NCBI GenBank assembly: GCA_000934665.2
Contig: KZ538068.1
Coordinates: forward strand, 1 to 64,000
Direction: 5' to 3'
Origin: Catajapyx aquilonaris
Lineage: Eukaryota
Length of the DNA: 64,000 nt
The notes under the pieces were generated by a model. That model was given only the letters and a program-made list of their open reading frames with translations, was not told where the DNA came from and made no database searches. Of this stretch, positions 38,899 to 52,450 are shown piece after piece. A program made the translations under genes and the position numbers. Within the stretch, counting starts at the first letter, position 1. Every line of letters begins with the position of its first letter.

Positions 38899-41800
38899 CC
38901 CCCCCCCCCACCAACCTTTCTATCGCCTGCCCCTTCCGGGTCGCACCATCGATATATACCACACTCTGCCAGGAAAACCTATGCCCTAATTTAATTTTCA
39001 AACCAGCCAGTTCTCGCTCACGCTTTTCTCGCCAGAAATATGTTATCTACTTCCTCCAGGTCAGTTTCAGATCCGCCAGCAAGAATCCTAGTGAGGTTTC
39101 AGGTGGCGGTTGGCAAATGTGCCAGCCGCAGCAGCCATGCGAGACCTCGAGTGTAACAGCCATCCTTCCTTCTTATCGCTGCATAGGCCTATTTTGTCGC
39201 AGTCCCCACCGCCTGCCTGGCCTTTTCTTCCACTTGCAGGCTATGAGAAGATGAGCGCTGGGAACAGCGTAATGACAGTGGCAGGGGGGCAAAACCCAAA
39301 TGGCCCGTGGTAACTCGTCTGCGCGTTATCTCCGGGAGCTGAGGTTGGCACAGGAAATGGAACTTTTTACCATTGAAGGCATTGCAGATACACACAAGTG
39401 CCCATGAAAAGCCTTTGTACTTTGCTTCGCCAAGGCAGATATGGATCCGAACACTGAGACTACCCCCAGTAACAATCTGGGGCGAGCAAAAGTTCCTGGT
39501 GATGATGATGACGAGGGCTCTTCTCCTCCCCCATGCTGCAGAGGCTCTTTTCTCACACACATTCCCAGAGGTCCTAACCCACTAATGTCCACTAGCCTGC
39601 ATCGAAAAGCATGCGCAGACGACTTGCCGCATGCCTACACAAGTCATTGCGGCATGAAGCGTATTACAACCAAATTGAAGCACATCATGTGATATGTCAG
39701 ATGTCTATCACACTCTATATTCTTGGACAGCCAATACCTGGTGTGTGCAAGTCCATTAACTCCTGCCAAAGGTCTCTGCACCACAGCGCATTGCACCTGG
39801 CCAGGACATCGATTCGGTGGAGGACAAATAAAAGAAATACGTGGCTTATCTGCCCGTTGAGGTCAATAACAAACACGTCACTTCAGCTATCATACTGAGA
39901 ATCGTCAAGACCCTTGCAGTCACATTTAGCACCGGCAATTTCACATTATTTTGGGATTTTGACAGACATCAAAAATAGCACGGGTAATCAAGTATTTACA
40001 ATGGTAATACTGTAAGGTGGAGGACGCCATGATAAATTAACGGCGTGGCTCAATTTGTAGGCTAATGTGCAGTACCTCGTGTAATGATACCATCGCGTAA
40101 TTAAAACCTAAATATATAATACACATGGCAGGACAACAGACAAACAATACGTATCAATAAAACCACTCTCTGGCGGAAAGCCACACAAAATAAGTCACGC
40201 CTAATTTAGCCTCGTCATCAACACTAACTGCATACCTCCGACATTCCTCCTAGTAATGCCACACAAATTGTCCTAAAAACGCACGATATCCCAGTATTCT
40301 GATGTCATAACCCCCAAGAAACCCCCTGCAATCCGGTTAAGTCCCCTATTAATCCCTCCTGCACATCTCGCCCCCTTCATTTCCACATTGCGATACGTAA
40401 TTACCCAAGCGGTTTTTGCTGTCGCGTCCCGAATCTCGACCACCTCCGTATCCTTTCCCCCAGAGAATCGTCCCGGACGCTTGGCATTATTGTTCCTAGC
40501 TCGTTTCCCCAAACCCATCTAATTCCCCATCCCCCCCACATTGTGTGTCCCCCCCCAAAAAAGTAAGAGCCCAGGGGCCGCCCTGTAGAAAAAGGTGAAA
40601 AGGAAAAGTGCTGCCCAGCCCACAAATTCCCTCGCACTTTCCTTGAGCTGGTAATTTTCTTTCCAGGCGAGGACCTTGGGGGTCGCATCATGCAGTCTGC
40701 GCAACTCTTTCGCACCGGTGGGACCATCGCAATCTGCAGGCGAGCACTGTGGTCGCCGCCATTGTCCTTACCCAAACTTCCCGGCGGCAAAACGATTGGA
40801 GCGGGGGAGGTCGTCGAGAGGATGGGGGTCCAGAACCGCAAACTTTCTGCCTGATGAGGAATCTGTAGCGACGCCTTCAATCATGGGGACCCCGGGTATT
40901 AAAACGAGTCGATGAAAAGGTGGAGGGCTAATAAACATCCCCGCGGCGTTTTAGCCCAATTATTTCTGGGTCCCCTCTTGTTCCGTGCGAACCGTTTATG
41001 CATAATCCATCAGGAAATTAAAACCGCTTCATCTTTTACCAACGCAACGCCTGGACAACCCTACCATTAGTGACCAGCTGTGTCCTGAATAATATTTTCG
41101 CCAAATTTGTGCTGTGGACCTGTATGTGGAGGCTAGTACTATACTAGTTGATTACTAAAAGGCTAGTTACACTATACCTTCGTAACAAATTAAGCATCCA
41201 CTTTTGCACAAGTTGAGGCTCTTAAATATTCCCCCCCTCATTACAGCAAGCCTGGAATTTACCCGTGGACCAGCAGGTATATATGCAACGATCGCGCACT
41301 GTTAATTAAGAAAGACCTATTAGTACAAGCTTTGGAAGCCAGCATGGGAAGAGGAAAACCACCACTCGTCACAGTCGTGCTTTCAATCTCACTTTGAAAC
41401 CAGAACCCCCATTACGTCACGGCCCTACCTATCCACGGCAATTCATCCGGATGTCGAAGCGTCCCCATGCTCGTTTACCCGAAACAACCACCTTGGCCCC
41501 CCTTTAAAAAAAACTCTCTCCCTTTTCCCGGATACTAATTTACTTTCCCCAACTAATCATGTACAGAACGATCAATTTACAACCGTACTGGAGGCCACTA
41601 TCACTTTACACACCTGTCAGCCAAGAAGCATCTCAAGGCAAAATGACGCAATTGCACAACCCGCACCCATATATTCCTCCCAAAAAATTTATGTCGCCCC
41701 AACCTGCTTCCGGCACCTCACGCTAAGCACTACCAGTTGCCTGCATGTTCAGATATGGCCCGCATGTGATTCCACACTCGGAAATAAAATCGAATAATCC

Positions 41801-44800
41801 GACGGGCACAAAAGCCAAAAGCCGGCTCTTCATCACCCGGTCCCTGCCTGCTTGCATTCGTCGTATATTGATTATCAAACTCCCGGTACTTTCCTCTGTG
41901 TTCCGCAGATTAACGACCCAGAGGCGTAATTGCGCACAACATTACTAATATACTACAAGGAACGCCTGTTTTAACCCAGTGTCAAGATAGCCCATCCTAT
42001 ATTTGTTGACACATCTCTTTGAAAGCTCAGCCATTTTTCTTCCTCTTAAAACCCCCGTCCCATACGCACATAGACTTCAAAGGGTGTGCAGAGGATACGC
42101 TAATTTCAACAAGGCCACCTGCTGCATTTACACTCGACACACGCGACTGCGCATGATTCGGGTAATCTGCACTATTCCCTCTGAAACGCACGTGACTGTA
42201 ATGCCTAATTAGCAGTCATGTACCGACTCTAGGGGCTCTAGGCTCCCTACAAGGATGCATTACAAATATGCGAAACCAGATGACATCACCTTGTTCGTAT
42301 AGTTTGGGTATAAGTTTCCCAACACCGCCCAAGGATTCACAGTTCACAAACAAAAATAATGAACTTCCGCCATTTATGGCTTTGTATAGTGACCGAGAAA
42401 GGTGCGGGATGGTGCATAAACCTGTGGTGGCAAATGTCACGTGTATGCCTCCGAGTTCAATCGCAGTCAACCTTCGCATTTTTTTTTAATAAAATAAAAA
42501 AACGGGGACACGCATAGGGATCCTTTGACATAACTGCTTCTTAGCTCCAGGCTACTGCAACAAACCATGCCAATTTTTGCGCATATGAAAGCGCTTGTCC
42601 ATGGGGCAGCAGACAATGTCAAAGCCCGTTCCCTCACTACTAGCCCCCCCAAAAAAATTCTCATTAAAATTTTAATTTTTTTTTCTCGAATAGAGGGCAG
42701 GGAGGGACATTCCCTAAATGCACAGAGTCCGCAGAGGCTCCTGATAATGATGGCATCAGCCGCATCGAACTCTGACGTAATGCAAAGTACATTATGCACA
42801 TATTCGCAACGGAGAATGCTGGTCGGAATATACAGCGCTCTAATTGGAGCCATTTAAAGTCACACCTAACCATGGGGGAAAAGCTCGCCAAATCTAATTT
42901 CCACCCCTCCTATCCCTCCCACCCCCCACCCCACCCCCGCTACTCCAGGGGGAAATGGGGGGTAAAACACAGCTCTAATGCAGCCTGCATGCTGGCATAC
43001 TCCCTACGACTCTTCTATTTCAGATTAGGGCGAGTCCGGCTTTTGCTATCAACAGTGATAAATATTTGAGCAGCCCTCCTGAATTATAAATGTTGTGGCA
43101 TACTTTACCACCTCCGCCATTGAAACTCGGGGAGCATTTCAGAGTAAATTAAATGTCACCCGGTGCGAAAAGGGAGGTGCCATGTCCATCAAGATGCATC
43201 GCTAGCCCTTGTGATAGCCAAGCTAGCCTCACCCCAGGACTAATTACAAACCGTGTAGTCTCGCCCCAGGCCCCGCTACATTTTCGCCGGAAGCTCCTGC
43301 CCTCTGGCTGATTACCAGCACACTCAGCGGTCCTACAGCCTCCCTGGTCATGCATATTCCATAAGACAGCACTTACAAGGTTTACCACAGCTCCACAGGA
43401 TGCCTTGGCACGCTCTTTGCTAAACTTTGCCCAATCATGGTAAGGTCACAAGGGCCGTCATTTCAGTATACTTTTTTGGCGGGGCTCGACTGCACCTCGG
43501 GGCATTTATGAGCCACCCCTCCATTTTTTGCAACCGATATTTCCTTTTTTTTAAAAATTCATAAACCCCCACCTTCCTCACTAACGGCTGGCAGCAGTTT
43601 CCGACAGCATGTACCGCCATAACTCGGGCCGGTCTTAAGATACGCCGCGGAAATTTATATTAAGACGGATATGCATAAACCATAAAGCGACATTATAAGA
43701 CTAGCACGGTGCCGGAATTTTATTAGGGTTGTTACCGCGACGGGGGTACGTAATGAAATATCCTAATTAGAAGGGGGCTGGACTGCCAAGTCTTCTCACA
43801 CTTCCCCCCTTAGTTTTCTCTGGACTTTGTTCCAGATCACTATACCATTATATGGGCGAAGAAAAAAAAAATCCGGGCGTTGGCCCAGAATACCCCGCCC
43901 ATCTCCTCTTCTTCATCAGCGCCTTTAATCCCACGGTAATTTCCCGCTGCCTATCGCACGGCTAACAAGCTTCGTTTCACACTTTGCCCTTTCCACCCAA
44001 GCCTTCGCGAAAAATCTCTCGGTCCCAAACACCAAGAATCGCGCCATCGTAAAAAGAAGCCACTTTTTTCATGAATTATTCAGCGCGCAACCAACTGTTC
44101 GACCTATGATAATGGAGCCATCCCAAGAGTTTCTTCCATGCTCCTCTTTTCCGTTCCTTCCATCTTTTTTTTTTTTCCTTCCCCTACCTCCGTCTCCTTC
44201 TCCAATACTGCATCTCGTCGAATCATCTCCAAAGACCGGATTTTCTGCATCCTCCCTTCTCAAATGCATCCACCACATGTGAACTGAATATATTTCCAGA
44301 AGGAATCGCTAATTCAACTATTTTGGGTGCAATAATACCAGCCTACAACTTGTACGAAAGACACTGCCGTCTATAGTGAGAAGGATCACAATGTGTTAAT
44401 TTCATGTCGTCTTGCTGGTATAGGTATCAAAATGTCGCCTTTAAAGAAATCCATAAGGCCCGCCCTGGTGATTCCCAGGCATTTCCCATCCCTCTCCCTA
44501 CTTCCTTCCTTCCTTCCTTCCTTCCATCTTGTTGGTCGTTTCCAGGGCTCTCCTCTTCGAGCCCAGTGGCCCGTGCTAAACGAGCTTTTACAAGTGCCAC
44601 CCCAGACACATGATTTACTTTCCGAACCTTCGAACGTCCCCTACTGCAGAATATCCCCTTACACACGTTTTAAAAACTCTTCTTCTTTTTTTTTCTACCA
44701 CATAATTTGTAGCCCCTTTTGCAAATAGGAAAAATAACTCTCGAAGGTCTAGAAAATTGGCGTAGCTACAGGATGACGCGCGACACTTTTTAAACCTACT

Positions 44801-47800
44801 TGCGAGAATTACGCTTCGGGGTCATTCCCGTCTGACTCAGCCCCAACAGACGTCAGGACATTCTTGGCACAATTAAGCCTCCTTCAACAGCTGTGTACAG
44901 TGTCGTACGCACTGAACCGTACAGTGTAATGTTTTTCAACACTGTAGGCAACATCGCTTCGATAGACAATTACAGACCCGCCATTTCCTGGCAATGAAGG
45001 ACATCCCAACCAGGCAACACCGCCTGCTGTTCCAAATGAATAAATATATCACTCCTCACTAAGCCCTTCCAAACATTCCTGACGGTTACGCCCGTAAGTG
45101 CTTGTTTGCCGCGCCAATCACATAATTGCCTCACACTATGAATTGTATACCCCCATTGTTGCAAAATACTCATTCATGGCACACTGATGGCAGAAAATTC
45201 CTAGTCACACGCCCTTGCCGCCCTGGTACTCCCGGCTCCCTAAAATAAGATGGTCCTATGTCAAGCTCTGGACCGGATCCAACCGATACTTTGGGGCGGT
45301 CCTTACGCAGGTGGCGCCCCCCCGCACCCCCAACCACAAATGACTCCGTTTTCCACGAACCCTTCCTTCTTCCCGATCATATAAACCCATCAGGTCTCAT
45401 ATTGCTTCCCGGCGCCGCTTGGCAGCGATAATGGCGCCGGGGAGGAAACACCTCAGAGCCTATTTATTGCTTATTATGAGGGAAACAATGGAAGCGGGGA
45501 GGGAAGGGGGGGGAGGGAGGGGGGGAATGTTCCTGTCATCCTGCAAACTGTGTAAATCCAGAAATGAAGCCTCGCAGTAAAATCGATGTGGCAGAGCGTG
45601 GAACAAGCATGGGATGGACCGATATTGTGCAGCCCTTCGTGCTCTATCTCTGGGTCCAGCCGGAGCTCCCAATTTTTTGTCACTATTCAACTGCCACTTT
45701 GGTCATGTTCCTTAACTTCAACAATGCTCTCCTGCCCAGCCGCACAAAACCGCCGGAACTAGGCCGGTACAGTACTGAGCAAAAATGATGCGAACGGACC
45801 ATATCGGGCAAGGTTGAAAAGATATGCGCGGTACAGTTGGCCCACTTGCATTTTCAGCTGTCGGTTTGACACGGTGCCAATACAAACAATCAGCAGGTCC
45901 CTAGACAATGGCCCCAAGGATTTAAAAGACTGTTCGACGATTTATCTATAAGTCGGGTGTCTACTAATACGCTTGTCCGACATCGTGTCCTTCGAGAGGC
46001 TTAAATATTGATTTTTTTGCGTGCCTGTACACTACTTTCAAAAATAGCCCCGGGAAGCAGCGCCACATGCGGGCGTGGGTGGAACCGATGCTTCCGTCAG
46101 CGCCCGCATGTGCGCTGTTTGCCTGGGTACGTTTTTTTCCCCAGCAACATACCGATGCGGGGGATGTTCGCGAAAAAGGCGTTACAAATTCAATCCCACC
46201 CCGTTATTGCTGACTGGTTCATAATCCATGCCAAGTCAAACAAGTTCGCAAAAAAAGAATCGGATTATCCGCAATTCATCGCGCAATAAAACCCAATACA
46301 ATGCACAGCACCGCTTCCAACCAGATAATCTATAAAAGTCATTAATGGCGAACGGTTGCAGTCACTGACGTCATACCCTGCGGACGGCATATTGAGAACT
46401 TCGGTGCTTGTAAATACGCACTTCTGCGCATAAACAGCAACAACATGCAATCAGTATGCAGTTACGTACAGTACACGTAATTGACTAAAAATTTACAAAG
46501 TAATAAATATGCGTAAAACATTATTTAAAACTATTCGGTACACATTATCACGCACACAATATTTTTTACTATTTTAAATATTTTATATTTTACATATTTA
46601 ACATTCTTATAGTTTAACCGACAAATTTTTGGGGATATTAAAATTTTTCGCCATGACTAAATATGCCATATGCACACCCAAGTTTGAGTGTACACAAATT
46701 TCATGAAACTATTTCGTCAGGGTCGTACTGACGTCACCACCGACGTTCACTCCCCAATAAATTTTCCGGACTAAAAAAGCATAATCCCAACATAGCGCAA
46801 AAGAGCAAAACTAATCTTGGCATCCCGCACGTACACACTCCCATCAACAAAAGTACACAGTTGTGCGCCTTGCAACGGTTGCAATGCAAATTGGTTCCTT
46901 CGCTGAAAAGTGTGTGCACAGCATGGGCCACCAGCACACAAGAATGGTCAACTTACCTCGCAGAAACAACAAATATTAATTAAGGACAGCAAATATTGAC
47001 AATGCAATCAGTCGGGCAACAACTTTAGCACGGACACTTGCTATCATTTCACATGGTGTAATTTAGGTTTTGGACGCTAATTACACACCCGGATACCACA
47101 TTGCTTGAATTAAGAGCTTATGATCCAATTAATGCATAAAAAACAAAACCTACAAAAAACACACATGGGCATACAGGATCCAAAGGCCCTCCTAGTTTTG
47201 TCAAACAACAAATTATGGTATTCACAAACTTCAACCAGTCCATGTTCAAATTGTTTGTGAGGTTGCAAGCTGAGCCCTTCAAAACCATGCATGGCACATA
47301 AATCCAATAAAAACTATTCATCCTTTTGTGGTGTAGGTCCAAAAACTAGTTATCATAATTACACTATCACTCAATAATAATAATGATAATAATGATAATA
47401 ATTATATAATGTGTCTATTAAAATTTATTATATTATTACTCGATCATATTCAGCCATTGTAGTTTACAAAATAAAAAATGTAGTGCATGTAGCACTGCTA
47501 ATTATTAGTTTATAATAGTTACATTTAAAATATATAACTGACCTAATTTCAATAGCTTTACAAAAATTTACATAATTTACAAGACTTCATATTCACTTTT
47601 TAAAATCAGAAACTACTAAAAGTTATAATAATGCATTCAAATTCATTGAAAATTGCATTTTACAACCACTAAGTGCTGCGGCTGCAGCTGTGGCTGCATG
47701 AGTTGTATGAAAGTATCATGTCTGATGCACTTACAATTTGCTTCCGTTCTGGAGCCCTGTGAGTGCTCATGATATAGCTATAGCTTGCATACATTGAATT

Positions 47801-50164
47801 CACAATGTTTAAAAGTAAAATACCCACAATCACAGAGGCAGAAGAAAAAGTCTTTTAAATTATACCATCAGATTACCATGACTCAACTTCATACAACTGC
47901 ATAAACTTTTACCTAAAAAAATTCACTTGCAGTGAAAATTGCTGCCAGGTTTAGTTCAAACCAAGTTGATGTTAAACAGTGCCGCAGACCACTATAGACC
48001 TTTGTAACCACATCTGAGCAGTCTTTGGCTTACAATAACTTAATAATACCCTGGCTCCCGACTAACTGCATGCCTCACATAACAAAGTATGAGTTGTTGT
48101 TGTTAATACAGGAGAAACGTTTCCCTCCAACTTATTTCTGACTAGGACCTGACACTTGCAGAAAACAACAAGGTATTACAAAGATATATTTAGCTTGTGT
48201 CTTTGAAGTGTGCTATGACCATTTGTCAAATGTTATTTCTAACCCTAATATCAATATATATCTCAACAAATATTTCTAACCAAGGAGCTTCTAAGCAAGA
48301 GTGCCAACATACACACCTGTCAACTAGTATATAATGCATGGTAAGTCATAGCTCATCCAACTGCAATAAATTTACCATCCCTCAATAGTAATGGTTGCAG
48401 CATTAGCCCAGCCTACAGTGCAAGAGTAGTTGTTAGCCTCAATCACATAACCTCTTTCATTGCCACAGCATTTGGCACATGGTGTAGATGGATATTTTAA
48501 AAATTATGTAGGCTACATATTGTAGATCAATTGAACAATTAGAAATACAATCCATAAACCGGTCACATTGTTCCAAAAGGAGGTATCGATACAATATTTA
48601 AAATTTAGTAATTGTGAGAATTAACCCAGCTTGTTGAATTGGATTACTATTGACCAACTGCCTAAAATATCAGTTAATTAGTTTCACAGTGGCTCGTTCC
48701 ATTCCAGTATGTTCTACCAACTAATCCACTCAGACTGGTTTTATGATTTGTAGTAACTTTGTCAAAACATATGCACTAGTAAATTGGTCGCCGTTTGTTC
48801 AATTTGTATTACGTAAGCCTGTAGAGCTTACATAACACTTACAATACAGGCACTATTCATTCAGCCTGGCTCATAGTACAGTGATTTGAAGTGCTCAATT
48901 AAAGGTATCCCATAAGACCATGTGGCTGGACACTACTTAAATCTAGTTAACCTAACACATGTGTGCAGGGAGTTTTACAGCTGTCTCCTCCTACTGGTAT
49001 TCATTGAGGCTTGCACAAGACTAGCCCACTTTGGTAATAGTTTTAAAATAATTGATTTTAAAAACCTGCATAATTACAAGCCAGAGGCTAACTAGAAACT
49101 AGGCAAATGGATGCACTTTCATAAATAATTGGTTCATTTGTTCAGATGCAGTGCAACACCCGCAATGTACAGTATTCCTGTAATTAGGTGCAAATGTCAC
49201 ACCAGCTGTAGTTACAAAGTTTACATGAATGTTCAGCAATGCACAATGCAAGCTCTGCCATTTATAATAATTTTGGGTGATAGTCCATACACCTGTTAGT
49301 TGGTATGGCTTGTATCTTACCAACCTCCAACATGCATAAGTAGCACTTAAAATCAGATATGGAAACCACTGCTTCAAATTGCAATGGAATAGCCATAACA
49401 TGTTACGAAATAGTCACAACTCAAGCAATTGACTAATAGAGTTTCGTGCGCATTTACGATAAGAGGGTTATTCCTACACCTAAGTACACAACAGGACAAG
49501 TGCAAAATTGCAGCACCCATTGCTCACATGTCACTCGTTTGATCAACCCATTTTTAAAGCGAACGCATATGTTAATTATAAGAAAAGGTTCCAGATAATT
49601 TTTAAGTTGGCTCATACATTTCAAGTGCGGAGGCATCGTGCACCTCTGCAATGTTATAAACTGTCACTACGGTACCACTTTTGCCATATTCCAAAATTGT
49701 CTACAGTAAAATATACCACCAATAATACTGCGAACAGTACAGAATTTACTACCCCTGCACGATATACGGGTACAATAACCAAAAAAATTCTGGCTTATTA
49801 CACTAGTTCCTAGAACCACCAACGTACAAAATTCCACCAACTTGCAACATTCCAAAACTGGTCTGAATGCCTTCAGGCAACAATACTGATAACATTGAAC
49901 CTTGGAACATATGTGCTGGCTTGCCGCATATTATTGCGATTTTTGCATGTTACAACTGGCTGTGAGCAATGTCACCCATGCAGACCAACATATTTGACAG
50001 AACATGAGCTGTCATCCCACCTGACCATACCGTGCGTGGGTGTGCCTGCCTCCCCGATGCAACACCACCAACCTGTCACCGATCCGCCCCCCAAACCAGC
50101 CCCAGGCCTTCGCCAGCAGGGCTCGAACACCCTCCCCGACTCTGAATGGAACGTGTGTACTCAC

Positions 50165-50315
50165 CCGGTGTTGGGTCAGCCGAAGCAAGGAGGTCAGCAG
50201 AGTGGGGGGGAGCGCGATGTGTGTGTGTATGCAGGAGGTGGGAGGTCAGCAGGGAGGTAGGAGACACCGAGAGAGAAGGCTTCACACGAGCAGCAAGCAG
50301 GATTCCGCCATGACT
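50165..50315 (-). other. mbl: Candidate non-coding first exon of mbl (5' end approximate)
   Basis: Donor CGG|GTGAGT at 50164-50159; Inr-like CAGTC followed by ATGGCGG at about 50316-50305; lies in a GC/CpG-rich island; no good acceptor upstream. Confidence 0.55.
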
Positions 50316-50480
50316 GTGCGCTAGCGATGGAGTCTGGGGCGTATCTCCGGCCGCCGCTCCTGCCCTGCCCCCACCCACCCTCCCTTCCCCCCTCCCTCTG
50401 TGACGTAACAGAAAAAGCGGCGCGGCTGCGCCACACCGATTCTTCCAGTTCTGGAAGGATGCGCCGCCGCCGCCGATCTT
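50316..50480 (-). promoter_or_regulatory. Candidate GC-rich mbl promoter
   Basis: CpG-rich; minus-strand G-tract array at 50363-50396 (GC/GT boxes, G4-capable); CRE-like TGACGTAA at 50401-50408; (GCC)n at about 50463-50474; skew appears to flip here. Confidence 0.55.
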
Positions 50481-51837
50481 GCGAATACCTTTAGCGAATA
50501 CTTCGCACCCACCACCACCCTACAACATTTCTTAGTATTCACACATATGGGTGGTCAACAACAGGATTGTTCATTTGGCAATCTTACCGATTGTTTTGAC
50601 AGCAGGGTTTCACAGTTGATTTGTTTATTTTGGAACATCGTGAGGAATTTTCCTCACCAGGGTGGTCGTGTTGTTAACAATCCAGATGGCTATTGGTTGA
50701 TTATGAAACTCTATGATAATGTGAACTAGATCTAGGAGCCTTCCTCCGGATCGATAGGTAGCATCCGATTCGCTAATTGGAAGGTGACTCTTGCTAATTG
50801 GATGATGGGCGGGGTCATAAACATTGATACCTGCACGTGTTCATTCAACAACATGCAAAACGTAATTTTGCTGTAATAAATGTTAATTTGTCACATTTTC
50901 CTAGCGGTTCAGCCACTTTAGGATTGAGCTTCTGAGGAATGCTGACGAATTAATTTTTTTAATGGCCTGCTGTTTTTAATAAATCATTTATTCTGTTTTT
51001 TGTACGCAATTGGTAGCTAAATACTATACAAAAATCAACTGCATTGCTGCTAATCTACGAACAATCTGTATTTTTTTACGCTCTAAATAATTTCGGGATT
51101 ACCTTTTCTGTGAAAATTCGTTTTCAACTCTCAATTTCTTGAGCAACTTCTACCGCATCAACAGAAATGAAAATGTCACTCCAAAGGAATTAACAGTTTT
51201 TCGTGCATTTACATATTGAAATTCGCAATAATGAGGGTCGTTGCAATTAATCTACAAAACCATCAGTTACATTCCCCTTATGATTTTTTTCCCCCCAGGT
51301 CTCCCACAGCAAATGACATGAGGTGTTCCCAGGACTTGTCATCTTCCCCCTGTTAATTCACGCCAGGCATACCATGCACTGCGACAATACGTGCACAGTT
51401 GTGTGACGGATTCCACCCTGGCATGATGTATACAGCCGACTGATACAGTGTGCATCCGGATGTGCAAACAGCATCCCGTCTCTAGGATTTATATGGAGAC
51501 CCGTCTCCCGAGTTGATTTCACGTGATGGCAACAAGAGCGTCGAGAATTAAGCCGCAAATCTAGCAAAGAATATTGATCACAGGGAGGGCCAAAATCTCC
51601 ATGACAATGCTGCTCAACCCCCCTATATACCCCCATACCCCCCGAAATTCGCAATTGCGAGCAGGAATGCAATATCGCTCGTGCAGAAAACCGGATAATG
51701 ACATTTACAAGAGCAGTCGTCAAAAGTTTGTGCGGGATGAGGAAATGAGTTTAGTTGGTGACTGATACCAAGCGAGACGCCATTCGAGTTTGGCTGCTGT
51801 TGGATGCATTCTATCACTCATCCACTTGTAGACTCAC

Positions 51838-52113
51838 CCTAGCTTCCAACCCCTAGCCCTAGCTCTTTTTCTTCAAATTTTCTTCGTCTTTCATTTTCTG
51901 ACGCCGAAACTCGATTCCGAAGCATAGGAGGAAATCTTCCACCCACTCTCGCCATCACAACAATTTCACACACAATGCTTAGGTTACAGTCCAATGCTCT
52001 CTTCACGAAATCGATTCCGGCGCTTCTCCGGGTACTGGAGGCGGAAAATTCAGTGGCCACCGCGAATCTTAGCCACGTCTCGTCACTAGACAATGAAGCT
52101 GGTGAGGGGAGAT
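51838..52113 (-). other. Candidate additional upstream 5' exon (276 nt)
   Basis: Donor AGG|GTGAGT (51837-51832) and acceptor TTCCCCCTCTTTTTAAAACAG| (AG at 52115-52114); motif evidence only. Confidence 0.35.
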
Positions 52114-52369
52114 CTGTTTTAAAAAGAGGGGGAATTTTCAGAGTGGATTGGCTCTATGGTGGGATAGACGCCAACAATGGTCGCGCCTGGCCTCGAAAAG
52201 GAGAAGGTATTGAGGGGGTAAGTGTGAGGATTAGAGGGTTACAAAAGAGCAGCAGTTTCATTCTTGCTGTATCTTCATCTCTATCATCTTTACATGTACC
52301 GTATACAGGCCTATAAAGTAGAAAGCCTTTCCTTCTGGTTGTCTGTCAGAAGAAATGGGAGGGATGAAG

Positions 52370-52450
52370 TTATAATGAGCCAATCACGGCCTATATGACA
52401 TCACACCGCCTCAGTCAATTGCAGCCAATTTTGGGTCTCCGGACGTGACC
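52370..52450. promoter_or_regulatory. CCAAT/CRE-like motif cluster, possible second promoter
   Basis: AGCCAATCA 52378-52386, TGACATCA 52396-52403, AGCCAATT 52423-52430, GGACGTGAC 52441-52449. Confidence 0.3.

Larger units (their letters stand above)
1666..50164 (-). other. mbl: Putative long first intron of mbl (about 48.5 kb); may contain further alternative 5' exons
   Basis: Bounded by the acceptor at 1666-1667 and a GTGAGT donor at 50164-50159; no recognisable protein-coding ORF in between; + strand looks A/C-rich, as expected for minus-strand transcription. Confidence 0.5.

Noticed and set aside
46711..46740. Hammerhead-ribozyme-like stem followed by GAAA on the minus strand; also the CTGAAGA hairpin at 22707-22730
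   Set aside because: The first lacks the CUGANGA box (GTGGTGAC instead) and the second lacks GAAA; cores are incomplete.
47735..47756. 22-nt micro-exon candidate (CACAG|...|GTAAGT, minus strand)
   Set aside because: No polypyrimidine tract; such motif pairs are expected by chance in 48 kb.
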